Shown piece by piece: positions 10,828 to 21,117 of a stretch of 50,287 nucleotides of DNA (position 1 is its first letter; each line of letters starts with the position of its first letter). The notes below the pieces were generated by a model. That model saw nothing but the letters and a program-made list of their open reading frames with translations, did no database searches and was not told the DNA's origin. This stretch comes from Methanobacteriota archaeon (GTDB taxonomy: Archaea > Thermoplasmatota > Thermoplasmata > Methanomassiliicoccales > Methanomassiliicoccaceae). The stretch is taken from assembly GCA_012519255.1 (NCBI GenBank), contig JAAYQQ010000034.1:1-50287 (forward strand), written 5' to 3'. Both the position numbers and the translations under genes were made by a program.

Positions 10828-11751
10828 CTATTCCTCGAAGATACTGGCTTGTCCGAACTCCCGGACGATGACCTCGTAAGCAGCATATGGTGAGATAACT
10901 CCAACCTCGGTGATTATGGAGTCAATAAACTCAGGCGGGGTGGCATCGAAGACAGGATTTCTAACCTTCACCCCGGCAGGCAGGGTATTGGGGTCCACGA
11001 TCTCTGAAGCATCCCTCTCTTCGATCTCCACCAATTCCCCTGTCAGTGTGCGTGGGGAGAACTTATAGGTCTCGGCACAGACGATAACGGGAACTCTTGA
11101 CTCGTGAGCGGCCATGGCCACCTGGGAGGTCCCCACCTTGTTAATTAGCGCTCCATTGGAGCAAACAGTGTCTGCGCCGACGAAGACAACATCGATATCC
11201 TTCATGGCCCACCGCACTGCTGAATCGATGATGAGCGTGGTAGGTATGCCAGCGGCGCCAAGTTCCCTGACTGTGAGAAGGCCCTGTTTCCATGGTCGGG
11301 ATTCGGTTGCGTACACTTCGATGTGTTTTCCCTGAGCATGGGCAGTCTTGAGCACACTAAGGGCAGCCTTACTATTACAGTGTGTCATCACTTTCATGCC
11401 ATCCCTTAGGCGCTTTGCTCCAAACTCACCGATAATGTCGACAGCTCGGGAAGACCTGGTCATGAATCGGTCAGCATTGCTGACTACCAGGTCGCGCATC
11501 TCCTCAACACTCTCCGCCTGCTCGATGCCCAAAAGGGTCGCCTGCATGGAATTCCAGAGTGAGATGGCGGTGGGTCGTGATGCTACCAATATGTCTCTGC
11601 CATCTTCCAACTGCTTCCGGAGTGCCTGGATATCTTGTCCCTTGTAATCCAGTGCCCTTTGCTTAAGGGCTCCCGCAGCGCTGCGGGCTATTAATCCCGC
11701 CCCCCTTATCTCCATACTCTTTATGGAGTCTGCTATCTCATTTAGTTCCAT
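10828..11751 (-). CDS. Ribose-1,5-bisphosphate isomerase (eIF2B-like)
   Basis: MEIRGAG, SRPTA, THCNS, TESRP, GAD, NKVGT and NPVFDATP motifs. Ends in TAG. Confidence 0.92.
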   Translation of the reverse strand: MELNEIADSIKSMEIRGAGLIARSAAGALKQRALDYKGQDIQALRKQLEDGRDILVASRPTAISLWNSMQATLLGIEQAESVEEMRDLVVSNADRFMTRSSRAVDIIGEFGAKRLRDGMKVMTHCNSKAALSVLKTAHAQGKHIEVYATESRPWKQGLLTVRELGAAGIPTTLIIDSAVRWAMKDIDVVFVGADTVCSNGALINKVGTSQVAMAAHESRVPVIVCAETYKFSPRTLTGELVEIEERDASEIVDPNTLPAGVKVRNPVFDATPPEFIDSIITEVGVISPYAAYEVIVREFGQASIFEE

Positions 11752-11801
11752 GCTCACGCCGCTCACAATAATCATGTGGCCGCTGATATAGTTTCGGCTT
11801 T

Positions 11802-13508
11802 TTAGCGCTCGAGAAACGTTTGAAGCTCCTTAAATGTGAGACAGTTCAGGACATCCCTTGGCTCGAGCCATCCTCGTCTTGCTGTGCTTACTGCTAAATT
11901 TATATTCTCCATTTGTTCGATTCCATGGGCATCCGAGGCCAATGCGACCATGACTCCCTGTTCTTTGGCTTTGCGACTGTTTAGATCGTCCAGATCTAGA
12001 CGATCTGAAAAGCCATTCAACTCCAGAACTACGCGGTGGTCCTTGGCCCCTTCAATTATCTTATCCATGTCCAGGGCATAGCCTTCTCGGCGCCCTATCA
12101 GTCGGCCGGTTGGATGGCCCAAGATCGTGGTGTATTCATTGGACATGGCCGTCAGCAGGCGTTTGGTCATCTTCTTGCGTCCCATTTTAAATCGAAGATG
12201 CACCGAGGCTATGACAAAGTCGAGCTGTTCGAGGACATCATCGGAATAGTCGAGTGAACCGTCTTCCAGGATATCCACCTCGGCCCCCCGCAGCACTGGA
12301 AAATCCAATTCCTCACTTAGATGATGAGCCTGCTCGACTGAGGCCAAAAGATCATCTTCAGAGAGTCCGCTGGCAATGCCAAGGGACTTGGAATGATCGG
12401 CCAGTCCAACATATTCGTAACCACGACGCCTGGCCTCTTGAGCCACCTCGCGCATGGTTGCTCGACCATCGCTCATTAACGTATGAATGTGCAGATCCCC
12501 CCTGACATCTGACAATGTTATCAGCTGGGGCAATTGATGGCTAACTGCCGCCTCGATCTCTCCACGATCCTCTCTCAGCTCAGGCGGTATGAAAGATAGG
12601 CCGAGCGATTCGTAGATAACAGTCTCATCCTTGCCCGCGATGAGATTAACATCGTCCATATCGAACAATCCGTATTCGTTAAGTTTGAGCCCTTTCTGTA
12701 TGGCGATGCGGCGCAATCGTACATTATGCTCCCTTGAGCCGGTGAAATGTAGCAAGGCAGCACCATAGCTATCTGGTGGCACTATTCGCATATCTGCCTG
12801 AGTGCCGTCGGACATGCGGACGATGGTCATGCCTTCACCCCAGGAGATCACCTCGGCCACAAAGGGATAGGATATGAACGCATCTATGGCCCGTTCTGGC
12901 GTGTCGGTCCCGACCAGGATATCCACGTCACCTATGGTCTCACGCATTCTGCGTATCGAACCGGCCACCGTGATGAGGGGAATATCATGAGAGCGGACAT
13001 GGGCCACGATGGCCTCAGCCAGAGAGAGAGCGTCGCCCAGAAGCATGCGATGACCGAATTTTTCCAACATCTTGATGCCCTGGAGAATGTTGGCTTCCGA
13101 CTTCTCTCCGAACCCCTTGATATGCCTGACACGGTGTTGCTCCGCCGCCCTCTTCAGCTCCTCAACAGTGGAGATTCCAAGCTCACGGTGCAACAGCATG
13201 ATCTTTCGGGGCCCTAGGTCAGGGATCCTCATGAGTTCGGTCAACTCTGCAGGAAACTCATTCCTTAGCTCCTCCAACTTATCTGACTTGCCCGTCTTGA
13301 TGAATTCATTGATAACGAGTGAGATGCCCTCGCCCACTCCAGGGATTGTCTGTAATTGTCCCTCTTCAGCCAGCTCGCGAATGTCCTGGTCAAGCTCCGC
13401 CACCCCCTTCGCCGCCCGACTATAGGCATTCTTCCTGAACACTTCGCCGCGCAGATCCATCATCTCAGCGAACTCATACAGCATCCGGGAGACGTCAGAA
13501 TTGGTCAT
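11802..13508 (-). CDS. polX: DNA polymerase X with PHP domain
   Basis: HhH motifs, GSIRR..GDVDIL, FTGSREHN, and PHP motifs DLHIHT / DHS / HPTGR / SDAH. Confidence 0.95.
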   Translation of the reverse strand: MTNSDVSRMLYEFAEMMDLRGEVFRKNAYSRAAKGVAELDQDIRELAEEGQLQTIPGVGEGISLVINEFIKTGKSDKLEELRNEFPAELTELMRIPDLGPRKIMLLHRELGISTVEELKRAAEQHRVRHIKGFGEKSEANILQGIKMLEKFGHRMLLGDALSLAEAIVAHVRSHDIPLITVAGSIRRMRETIGDVDILVGTDTPERAIDAFISYPFVAEVISWGEGMTIVRMSDGTQADMRIVPPDSYGAALLHFTGSREHNVRLRRIAIQKGLKLNEYGLFDMDDVNLIAGKDETVIYESLGLSFIPPELREDRGEIEAAVSHQLPQLITLSDVRGDLHIHTLMSDGRATMREVAQEARRRGYEYVGLADHSKSLGIASGLSEDDLLASVEQAHHLSEELDFPVLRGAEVDILEDGSLDYSDDVLEQLDFVIASVHLRFKMGRKKMTKRLLTAMSNEYTTILGHPTGRLIGRREGYALDMDKIIEGAKDHRVVLELNGFSDRLDLDDLNSRKAKEQGVMVALASDAHGIEQMENINLAVSTARRGWLEPRDVLNCLTFKELQTFLER

Positions 13509-13606
13509 GACTGTTCATAATAAACGATGGACTCCTATAAATTTGATGAATACATCTATGACGACGTATGGTCAGTACCTGATGCCTGATCAATAGGGGG
13601 GACTAC

Positions 13607-14857
13607 ATGGGGAAGACTAATCCTTATCAGGTGGCAATCGAGCAGGTCCAAAAGGTGGGAGAGATCCTGGGCCTGGAGCAGGATATCATCGACGTCCTAA
13701 CCAAACCCAAGCGCGAGCTCACGGTTAACTTTCCGGTCAAGATGGATGATGGTCATGTCAAGGTGTTCACTGGCTACCGCGTCCAGCATAATTTTGCCAG
13801 GGGCCCCTGCAAGGGCGGGATACGTTACCACCCAGACGTCTCACTGGATGAAGTGCGTGCATTATCCATGTGGATGACCTGGAAATGCGCCACGGTAGGG
13901 TTGCCGTATGGGGGTGCCAAAGGTGGAGTGGCGTGCAACCCCAAAGAGATGAGCAAGGGCGAGCTGGAGCGCATGACGCGGAGATATATCACCGAAATAA
14001 TGCCCATCATAGGCCCTCACGTGGACATCCCCGCGCCGGACATGTATACGGACGCACAGGTCATGGCCTGGATCATGGATACGTATTCCATGCATGTTGG
14101 CTATTCTGTACCTGGGATCGTCACCGGAAAACCCATATCAGTGGGTGGTTCGGAGGGACGGGAAGAGGCCACATCTCGTGGGATCACCTACTGCGTCAGG
14201 GAGGCGCTGACTGTAAGAAACATCGACCGAAAAAGCTCCACTGCGGCCGTACAGGGTTTTGGAAATGTGGGCTGGAACACCGCTCGCCTGCTCAAGGATG
14301 AGCTGGGTATGAAAGTGATTGCAGTATCTGACTCTTCTGGAGGCATCCACGCACCTGCTGGCCTAGATCCTATCAATGTCTATGAACACAAGAGGCGCAC
14401 CGGATCGGTGGTAAATTTCCCAGGGGCGCAGAATATCACCAATGAGGAGCTCCTGGAGATAGATTGTACCGTGCTGGTGCCCGCTGCTATGGAAGAGGTG
14501 ATCACTGCTGACAACGCCGATCGCATCCGAGCTCGCATTGTGGCTGAAGGCGCCAATGGCCCCACTTCCGTCCAGGCTGACAAGATCCTATATGATAAGG
14601 GCATAATGCTCCTCCCAGACATTTTATGCAACGCTGGCGGTGTAACGGTTTCCTATTTTGAGTGGGTCCAGGACCTGCAATTCCTATTTTGGTCCCTCGC
14701 CGAGATCAAGAATCGTCTTGATCGAGTGATGACCTATGCGTTTGCCCGAGTATATGCCACCGCCCGGGCGAAGAGGACAGACATGAGGACGGCCGCTTAC
14801 CTGTTGGCCGTGGATGATGTGGTGAAAGCTATCCGCCTGAGAGGTATCTATCCGTAA
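13607..14857 (+). CDS. gdhA: Glutamate dehydrogenase
   Basis: GPCKGGIRY, GGAKGG, DIPAPD, QGFGNVG and NAGGVTVSYFEWVQ motifs. Confidence 0.96.
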   Translation: MGKTNPYQVAIEQVQKVGEILGLEQDIIDVLTKPKRELTVNFPVKMDDGHVKVFTGYRVQHNFARGPCKGGIRYHPDVSLDEVRALSMWMTWKCATVGLPYGGAKGGVACNPKEMSKGELERMTRRYITEIMPIIGPHVDIPAPDMYTDAQVMAWIMDTYSMHVGYSVPGIVTGKPISVGGSEGREEATSRGITYCVREALTVRNIDRKSSTAAVQGFGNVGWNTARLLKDELGMKVIAVSDSSGGIHAPAGLDPINVYEHKRRTGSVVNFPGAQNITNEELLEIDCTVLVPAAMEEVITADNADRIRARIVAEGANGPTSVQADKILYDKGIMLLPDILCNAGGVTVSYFEWVQDLQFLFWSLAEIKNRLDRVMTYAFARVYATARAKRTDMRTAAYLLAVDDVVKAIRLRGIYP

Positions 14858-15123
14858 GGGAATGCATATTTGTCCAGGTCAGGTATCGGATCGCCGAAGC
14901 GGTAAAGCAACAGACTCAATGATCAAGATCACCTGATAAGGGCGTGTAAACTTACTTGGACCAAGGGGGAGGACCAAGATTCTTCAACATAGATGCATCT
15001 CTGTTCAATAAGCCCAGAGGCGCTTAAAATATAGAGGCATTTATTCATAATTACGACCAGGCATTACTCCCCTAAGGAAGAATAATATATTCAGCTCGTG
15101 GTTTGAGCGGTGGAGGCGGTCAG

Positions 15124-15420
15124 ATGGAGGACGACAACACGATATTCATCGGGAAGAAGCCTGTTATGAACTATGTGCTCGCCGTGGTCACGCAGTTCAA
15201 TAATGGTTCCAACGATGTGCTTATCAAGGCCCGTGGGAAAGCCATCAGCCGGGCAGTGGACGTGGCCGAGATAGTGCGCCGGCGGTACATCCGCGATGCA
15301 ACGATCAAAGACGTCCGACTCAACACCGAGACCCTGAAGGGAGAGGGGGGTCGCGATGTCAATGTATCATCTATAGAAATTCAAATTTCCAGACAGGCCC
15401 CTCAGGTCGAGATCACATAG
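15124..15420 (+). CDS. albA: DNA/RNA-binding protein Alba
   Basis: IFIGKKPVMNYVLA, KARGKAISRAVDVAE and VSSIEI motifs; GGAGG RBS. Ends in TAG. Confidence 0.95.
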   Translation: MEDDNTIFIGKKPVMNYVLAVVTQFNNGSNDVLIKARGKAISRAVDVAEIVRRRYIRDATIKDVRLNTETLKGEGGRDVNVSSIEIQISRQAPQVEIT

Positions 15421-16106
15421 GCCATGTTCTCAAGCAGACGCAGTTGTCTCTCTTCCAGCACGGCGGGGTTTATCGGAATCAATAATATGCCGTTGGATGA
15501 GATGGCCTGATCTACCAGGGCATGAAGGAACTTGGCCACTTGGGGGAAGTCTCCGCTCTGTATGATCATATAGTCTGTCCCCTCGAACATGACTACTCGA
15601 CCAGGTCCGTCTTTCATGAACTTGCTTGTTACGCTGCTGATCCGACCTGGATCTGATGGAGATAGGCAGGGGTAGGAGCCATCCCGTACCATTTCCTGTC
15701 GGGTCAGCCAATACATATCGGGAGTGCCCCTCAGTCTCTCTTCGAGGTCCCCAGGATATCGGCGAGATATGATAAGTCCCTCGGAACCGGCGGCAAGTAA
15801 ATTGTTGAACACATTCACCGCCTTACTCAGGCCGACCGATTCTATCAGATAACCTTTCCCGGGCGTCACCGTGGAGGTGACGGTCACAGGCTTGCTGATG
15901 AGATCTACTCCGCTCTCTTCTCGTATCTGAACCTTTCTTTTATACACCATGGGACTGATGGACTGCCGTTTACTCTTGGCCATTACCTGGACTTCACGTG
16001 AGGAATATCCCCTGGTAGTCAATCCAATAAGCTCGTCCCATGCGCGATTCAGGCCTTCTTCGTAGCCCTTTATATAACCTCTATAGAAATCCCAACCTTC
16101 TGACAA
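15402..16106 (-). CDS. DUF835-domain protein (inactive RecA/KaiC-fold)
   Basis: C-terminal GLIISRRYP...YWLT...P....I...VVMFEGTDYMI....F..V.KFL..L.D....LLIPINP pattern. Probable TTG start at 16106; the longer 426-aa ORF overlaps the opposite gene. Confidence 0.7.
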   Translation of the reverse strand: MSEGWDFYRGYIKGYEEGLNRAWDELIGLTTRGYSSREVQVMAKSKRQSISPMVYKRKVQIREESGVDLISKPVTVTSTVTPGKGYLIESVGLSKAVNVFNNLLAAGSEGLIISRRYPGDLEERLRGTPDMYWLTRQEMVRDGSYPCLSPSDPGRISSVTSKFMKDGPGRVVMFEGTDYMIIQSGDFPQVAKFLHALVDQAISSNGILLIPINPAVLEERQLRLLENMAYVIST

Positions 16107-16521
16107 TGCATCCCGAAAAATACAAAGGCTTGCGCTGATAAATATTCTTCTAGGAAATCCTTCGCAGACGGAAAGATCGATCACAGCGTTCAAGCACCCA
16201 TTGGATAAATGACCAGGGAATGCAAGCGACACATCTCCACCCGTTGGTGCAATGGGTGTACAGAGAGGTCGCCAATAGCACGATTGACACGGCCCTGTGT
16301 TGGACCCCTGCTCTGCGCGGTGAATGCGCATATCTCCAACATGATTGAAAGCCCAACGCAGCACGCCGCTGAACATGGCGCCCAGCTTCGAGAACTGAAG
16401 ATCCTTGGTCTGCATCCTCATGGTGTAAATGGGTGCCGGGATCAATTGGGGGGGAATGGAGTTATCGCCTACCAGGGTCCAGACCGAACGTTTTAACCCC
16501 TTCATCTCCCTTGAGGCAAAT

Positions 16522-18039
16522 ATGCGACGGCGGGCCCGGTTCAGGGGTATCAAGAGGACGTCCAAGACATTGGAGAAGGACATCCTGGAACGATCACGCA
16601 AGCTGGCCAAGGATCCCGGGCTTCTCATGCCACATTGTGCCCGGGAATGTCGGAGATGTGGGATACGCAAATCCGTTGACAAGATGTATAAAGTGGCGGA
16701 GAAGCAGGACGACCCTCGTAAACTGAATCACGCTATGAACTGGGGAGATCATATGGTGCGGGCCTATGCTGCCACAGTATCCCTGGCCGAGGCTGGCAAG
16801 GTGCCCTATCTCGCCTCTGGCAAGACGCCCATGGGGGATGTCTCCTACGCCGTGCGCGGCAAGGTAGAGAGGGACAAGCTCATTGGAGTACAGAACTACG
16901 ATCACCCAGAACTCAGGCTATTGGCTTACTGGAAGATCGCCAAGCGTGATAATCTGCATTTATATTCCATGGAAGATTATCTATTCTGCTCCCCCGATGG
17001 CCCCAGGCCGCCAGAGCAATACGTGGAGGAAGTGATCGCCCTGCTTCCTTACGATCTTGATGAGGAAGGGCGCTGCCCTCACAAGGATGCAGTGGAGCGG
17101 TTGAGGATACGGTGGAAGAGTGCTGACATTTCTATAGAGATATGCCCAGATTGCGCCGTCGATGTAAATTCAATGCATATATTAGCCAGCCGAATCGCTG
17201 CCAACGATCCAGTCGATGACTTTGAGGTGGATGTGCCATTTGAACTGCGGGGAGATGGATTTGACCTTGAGAGTGAGGTGAAGGTCGACACCGATCTGGC
17301 ACAACGATATCGCCGTGGCGAGCTGACCGATGCTGCTTTCATCAGGGAGCACGCCTGCGAGCGACTCAAGAGGATACGCGCCTCTGGGAAGGAGATCTAC
17401 ATCCTGGGAGACGTGTGCCTGGGCCAGGACCGTTCTTCGTTCCTTTCCCGGCTACGCGGGGGTGAAGCCGAGATCGAGGCCCTGACGGGGTTCCTATCAA
17501 CGCATCCCATGGCGATAGTCTCTCGTTCAGATCATGCGGCCAACCTGCTGGCTGACCTATGGCCAGAGCATCGTGATGCTCTCCTCTCACAGGTGGCATC
17601 CCCGGAAACATTACAGAAGCTCGCTCAGAATTCTCGCGACCTGACGCCGGCTCAAGCGATAGCCGAGGCAAAGCGCGCCGAGCTCTCAAAGCGGATAACT
17701 GCCAGGCTTCCCAACTACACCGATATGGGGCCAGTGGCAGCTCATGCTGACCGTCTGGCCAAGGCTTTCCTCACCGAGGGGAAGGACTCGGTGGTAAGGC
17801 ATGCGGAGAAGATCAAGGCCAGTGATCACAAGCTTCGTTCGATCTCCTATGCTTTCATGGCGGCAGTCGGCAAGGGCGAGTCAAGATCGTGGCAATTTAC
17901 TCGGGAAGAGAGGGACTTTGGCGAATATCTTGCACCCTTTGCCAAGAAGCTCCTGGAGGAGGAGGGCGATGGCTACCACGATGCACTCCAGTTGCTTCTA
18001 CAGGCATCGGGGAGCGGGGAGATGCTGAAGCGCAACTAA
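16522..18039 (+). CDS. Conserved hypothetical protein (~505 aa) with Cys clusters
   Basis: Long ORF with a GAGG RBS before ATG 16522. Contains CxxxCxxC and CPH...CPDC. Confidence 0.75.
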   Translation: MRRRARFRGIKRTSKTLEKDILERSRKLAKDPGLLMPHCARECRRCGIRKSVDKMYKVAEKQDDPRKLNHAMNWGDHMVRAYAATVSLAEAGKVPYLASGKTPMGDVSYAVRGKVERDKLIGVQNYDHPELRLLAYWKIAKRDNLHLYSMEDYLFCSPDGPRPPEQYVEEVIALLPYDLDEEGRCPHKDAVERLRIRWKSADISIEICPDCAVDVNSMHILASRIAANDPVDDFEVDVPFELRGDGFDLESEVKVDTDLAQRYRRGELTDAAFIREHACERLKRIRASGKEIYILGDVCLGQDRSSFLSRLRGGEAEIEALTGFLSTHPMAIVSRSDHAANLLADLWPEHRDALLSQVASPETLQKLAQNSRDLTPAQAIAEAKRAELSKRITARLPNYTDMGPVAAHADRLAKAFLTEGKDSVVRHAEKIKASDHKLRSISYAFMAAVGKGESRSWQFTREERDFGEYLAPFAKKLLEEEGDGYHDALQLLLQASGSGEMLKRN

Positions 18040-19058
18040 TCAAGTACGTGGACGTCCAGAACCATGTGCGATACTCCTGGAGAATACGACTTCACCTCTC
18101 GGGAGAACGCTATCTCTAGCCGGCGCCCGCCACTTGCCCGTTCCAGTCGCTTAAAGGCCTCTTGCGGATAGACCGCTAGAGGAAAAGTATCTTGATAATG
18201 TAAGATGCCGCCTGGCTTCACCAGGGAGAAGGCCTTTTCCAAAAACTGGTGCGTCGTACGCACGTAACCCATCATGACGCGGTCGGCGAACCCCTCGCCA
18301 GGGAGGTCGCGGTTATCCCCCAGGATTGGTTGGACAATATCTTCGACGTGGTTAAGGGCGATGTTCTCCACAAGGTAATGATGAGCGAGAGGATTGATCT
18401 CACAGGCGATGACCCTGTCGGCGTGGGCGTGCACGGCGAAGGGTAGCGTCCAGTAACCGATCCCTGCGAACATGTCCACCACTGTCTCACCATGGCAGTC
18501 CAGGGCAGCCATTCGCAATTTCTCGTCGATGTTGCCGGAGGAGAACATGAGGTTGGCGGCATCCAGTTTATAATAGAGGCCATTCTCGAAGTGAACCGTC
18601 TCAGTGCCTTGACCGAACAGCACCTCCATCTCAGGTGTGCGATGGATGCCATTGATCTTGCCGATCTCCTGGAGGACTACGCGAACACCAACCGCTCTGG
18701 CATACGCGCTACCTATCTCCTTTCGACGCGGAAGGAGTTCATCGGGAAGACGCAGCACCAGTACGTCGCCCACTTTCTCCCACTTACGGGGCAACAGATC
18801 TTCCATTTCAGGAGAAAAATGAAGGAACTGACAGACCTTCTCGAATGGAGATATAAAGCAGCTTCTCTCTTCTGCGTCTCCATCTATTATCTCTCCCCCC
18901 AGCGACCTTATGAAGGTGTCATCAGCAGTGTCAAGGATGGGGATGAAGACGTAGCCGTCGCGATCGACGATGCGGCGGTCCTTGCGAACCATCCTTCGTC
19001 GGGCCAGTCTCTTACGGAAGGTTTCTGCCTCCGCCCTGGGGATCTTGGCGATGCGCAC
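18036..19058 (-). CDS. taw2: Trm5/Tyw2-family SAM-dependent tRNA wyosine-pathway transferase (Taw2-like)
   Basis: LMFSSGNIDEKLRM, VVDMFAGIGY, EINP and ADRVMMGY motifs resemble archaeal Taw2. Ends in TAG. Confidence 0.8.
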   Translation of the reverse strand: MRIAKIPRAEAETFRKRLARRRMVRKDRRIVDRDGYVFIPILDTADDTFIRSLGGEIIDGDAEERSCFISPFEKVCQFLHFSPEMEDLLPRKWEKVGDVLVLRLPDELLPRRKEIGSAYARAVGVRVVLQEIGKINGIHRTPEMEVLFGQGTETVHFENGLYYKLDAANLMFSSGNIDEKLRMAALDCHGETVVDMFAGIGYWTLPFAVHAHADRVIACEINPLAHHYLVENIALNHVEDIVQPILGDNRDLPGEGFADRVMMGYVRTTHQFLEKAFSLVKPGGILHYQDTFPLAVYPQEAFKRLERASGGRRLEIAFSREVKSYSPGVSHMVLDVHVLD

Positions 19059-19080
19059 GCTCGTCCCGCCTTCTAGATGT

Positions 19081-20259
19081 TTAGCGCCCTTGCTCCCGGC
19101 GGATGAGGGAGCGTATGATCTGAGGGGAAAACTTGAGCAATGATGGCAATGTTCTCAACATGGGCCTGACAAGTTTGGACGGATAATCAATGTCTCCAGT
19201 GGACAACACCTTTTTGGCGTCCTCGCGGTCAAGCAGTTTGCCAAGCTCATCCAGATTCTCATCGCTCATTCCCACATAGGCCTTCCGGATGAGCACCCCC
19301 CTTTCCAGCTCTTTACCGATATCTGCCCGCCAATGTTCCTCATAGGGGGCGAGGGAATGCTCAGAAAAGTCACCCTTCTCGACAGCGTCCATAGCGGTTT
19401 GAGCAGCCAGCTGGGCCGCCTTCATGCCCGTGTATAATCCCCCTCCAGATAGCGGTTTTACATGGCCCGCGGCATCGCCTACCACCATGATATTATCCGC
19501 AATGGTCCGCTTGAGGGGCCCAATGGGAATCGCCCCGGAGACAAGCTCTCTCCGTTTGGCATTTTCGAGGCCGCGCCGTTTGAGCAGGGCGTTGAGATAT
19601 TCGTTTGGGGTGCCGTGGCCCTGAGATATGCACAGGCCAACGCGAGTATACTCTCCGCAGGGAAGTACCCAGGCGAAGAAGCCAGGGGCGACCTTCTCTC
19701 CAATGAATACCTCTGCTTTGACCTGATCTTCCAACTCGACGTCAAGGTCGACCTGGATGCCTCGCACAATCTCCTTGAATGCCCCCATCCCCGCATCCCT
19801 GGCAACCCCTGATTTGTATCCATCTGCGCCCACAATGAGGGGTGTGATGACAAAGCGCTCACCTTGGGGCCCTTCCAGTTTTATCTTGACCTTATCTCCA
19901 GCACGTACGAATCCCTTGAAAGAATGGCCGGTTAGAATATCAGCGCCTGCATCCTGGGCACGTTGGGAACAGATCTCATCGAAACGGCGACGATCGATGA
20001 TTTTTGCCTTTACCTCGTCAGAAGGCACCTCCAGCACCCTGCCGCCGGGGAAGTACAATTTAAGTCCGGTAATGGTGTTGATAACAGTCTCTTCTGCCTC
20101 TGCCATTTTCACGACTCGAGGATGAATAATGCCGGTGCATTGCACTGGAGAGCCGATTGCATCATGCTCTTCCACCACCATGGTCTGCAGTCCGGAGGCG
20201 TGGGCGGCGACGGTGGAGCCTACTGGGCCTCCTCCCACAACCATCAGCTGTGGATCCAT
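19081..20259 (-). CDS. Geranylgeranyl reductase family (DGGGPL reductase-like)
   Basis: GGGPVG, DRRRFD, GADG, APGFFAWVLP and GDAAGHVKPLSGGG motifs. Confidence 0.9.
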   Translation of the reverse strand: MDPQLMVVGGGPVGSTVAAHASGLQTMVVEEHDAIGSPVQCTGIIHPRVVKMAEAEETVINTITGLKLYFPGGRVLEVPSDEVKAKIIDRRRFDEICSQRAQDAGADILTGHSFKGFVRAGDKVKIKLEGPQGERFVITPLIVGADGYKSGVARDAGMGAFKEIVRGIQVDLDVELEDQVKAEVFIGEKVAPGFFAWVLPCGEYTRVGLCISQGHGTPNEYLNALLKRRGLENAKRRELVSGAIPIGPLKRTIADNIMVVGDAAGHVKPLSGGGLYTGMKAAQLAAQTAMDAVEKGDFSEHSLAPYEEHWRADIGKELERGVLIRKAYVGMSDENLDELGKLLDREDAKKVLSTGDIDYPSKLVRPMLRTLPSLLKFSPQIIRSLIRREQGR

Positions 20260-20469
20260 GGCCTCGAAGAATCCTGCACCCGTATTTTAACTCTTCCCGT
20301 CTGCTAATTTTTGTACAATTATGAATAACAGGGATTATTTAATGGTCTTCAGAATGGTTAGAAACTCTCATTCATTGATAGATGTGTTCGTCAGAGATGG
20401 AAGACGTTCAGTTATTTCAAAAGCGGACTGTAATCTGGTGGCTTAAAAGAGAAAAGGATTGTAAGGGGT

Positions 20470-21117
20470 TTATTCCTTCGACATCTTGGCCCAGTCATCC
20501 TGGAATCTCTTGATGCCGATATCGGTCAGAGGGTGATGAAGCATCTTCTTCAGCACCTCATATGGAATGGTGGCTATGTGCGCGCCCATCCTTGCTGCCT
20601 GAGTGACATGGATAGGATGCCGCACAGACGCAACGATAACCTCAGCGTCAAATTCGTATGCGTCAAGGATGTCCATGATCTCTGCAATGAGATTCATGCC
20701 CTCCTCTCCGATATCGTCGAAACGGCCGACGAATGGAGAGATATACCTCGCCCCGGCCTTGCAGGCGAGAATTGCCTGAGCTGCAGAGAATATCAGTGTC
20801 ATGTTCACCGGGATGCCTTCGGAGGCAAGTGTCTTGGTCGCCTTCAGGCCTTCCTCGGTCATGGGGACCTTGATGACCACGTTCTTATGGATCTTCGCGA
20901 GCTTGCGTGCCTCTGCGACCATGTCGGCTGCCTGGGTGCTCATTACTTCGGCACTGATTGGACCGTCCACGATCTTGCAGATCTCACTGACGAGAGTCTT
21001 AAAATCAGTATTCTCCCTGGCCACCAGGCTTGGATTTGTGGTTACTCCATCCAGTATGCCCCAGGTATTCACTTCGCGTATCTTATCGATGTTAGCAGTA
21101 TCTATAAAAATTTTCAT
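20470..21117 (-). CDS. tal: Transaldolase (TalC/Fsa family)
   Basis: [21 protein letters not shown] and YISPFVGR motifs. Confidence 0.92.
   Translation of the reverse strand: MKIFIDTANIDKIREVNTWGILDGVTTNPSLVARENTDFKTLVSEICKIVDGPISAEVMSTQAADMVAEARKLAKIHKNVVIKVPMTEEGLKATKTLASEGIPVNMTLIFSAAQAILACKAGARYISPFVGRFDDIGEEGMNLIAEIMDILDAYEFDAEVIVASVRHPIHVTQAARMGAHIATIPYEVLKKMLHHPLTDIGIKRFQDDWAKMSKE

Noticed and set aside
16107-16682. N-terminal 190 aa of the 426-aa minus-strand ORF 15402..16682
   Set aside because: It overlaps the start of the opposite 505-aa gene and looks non-protein-like. Recognisable sequence begins near TTG 16106.
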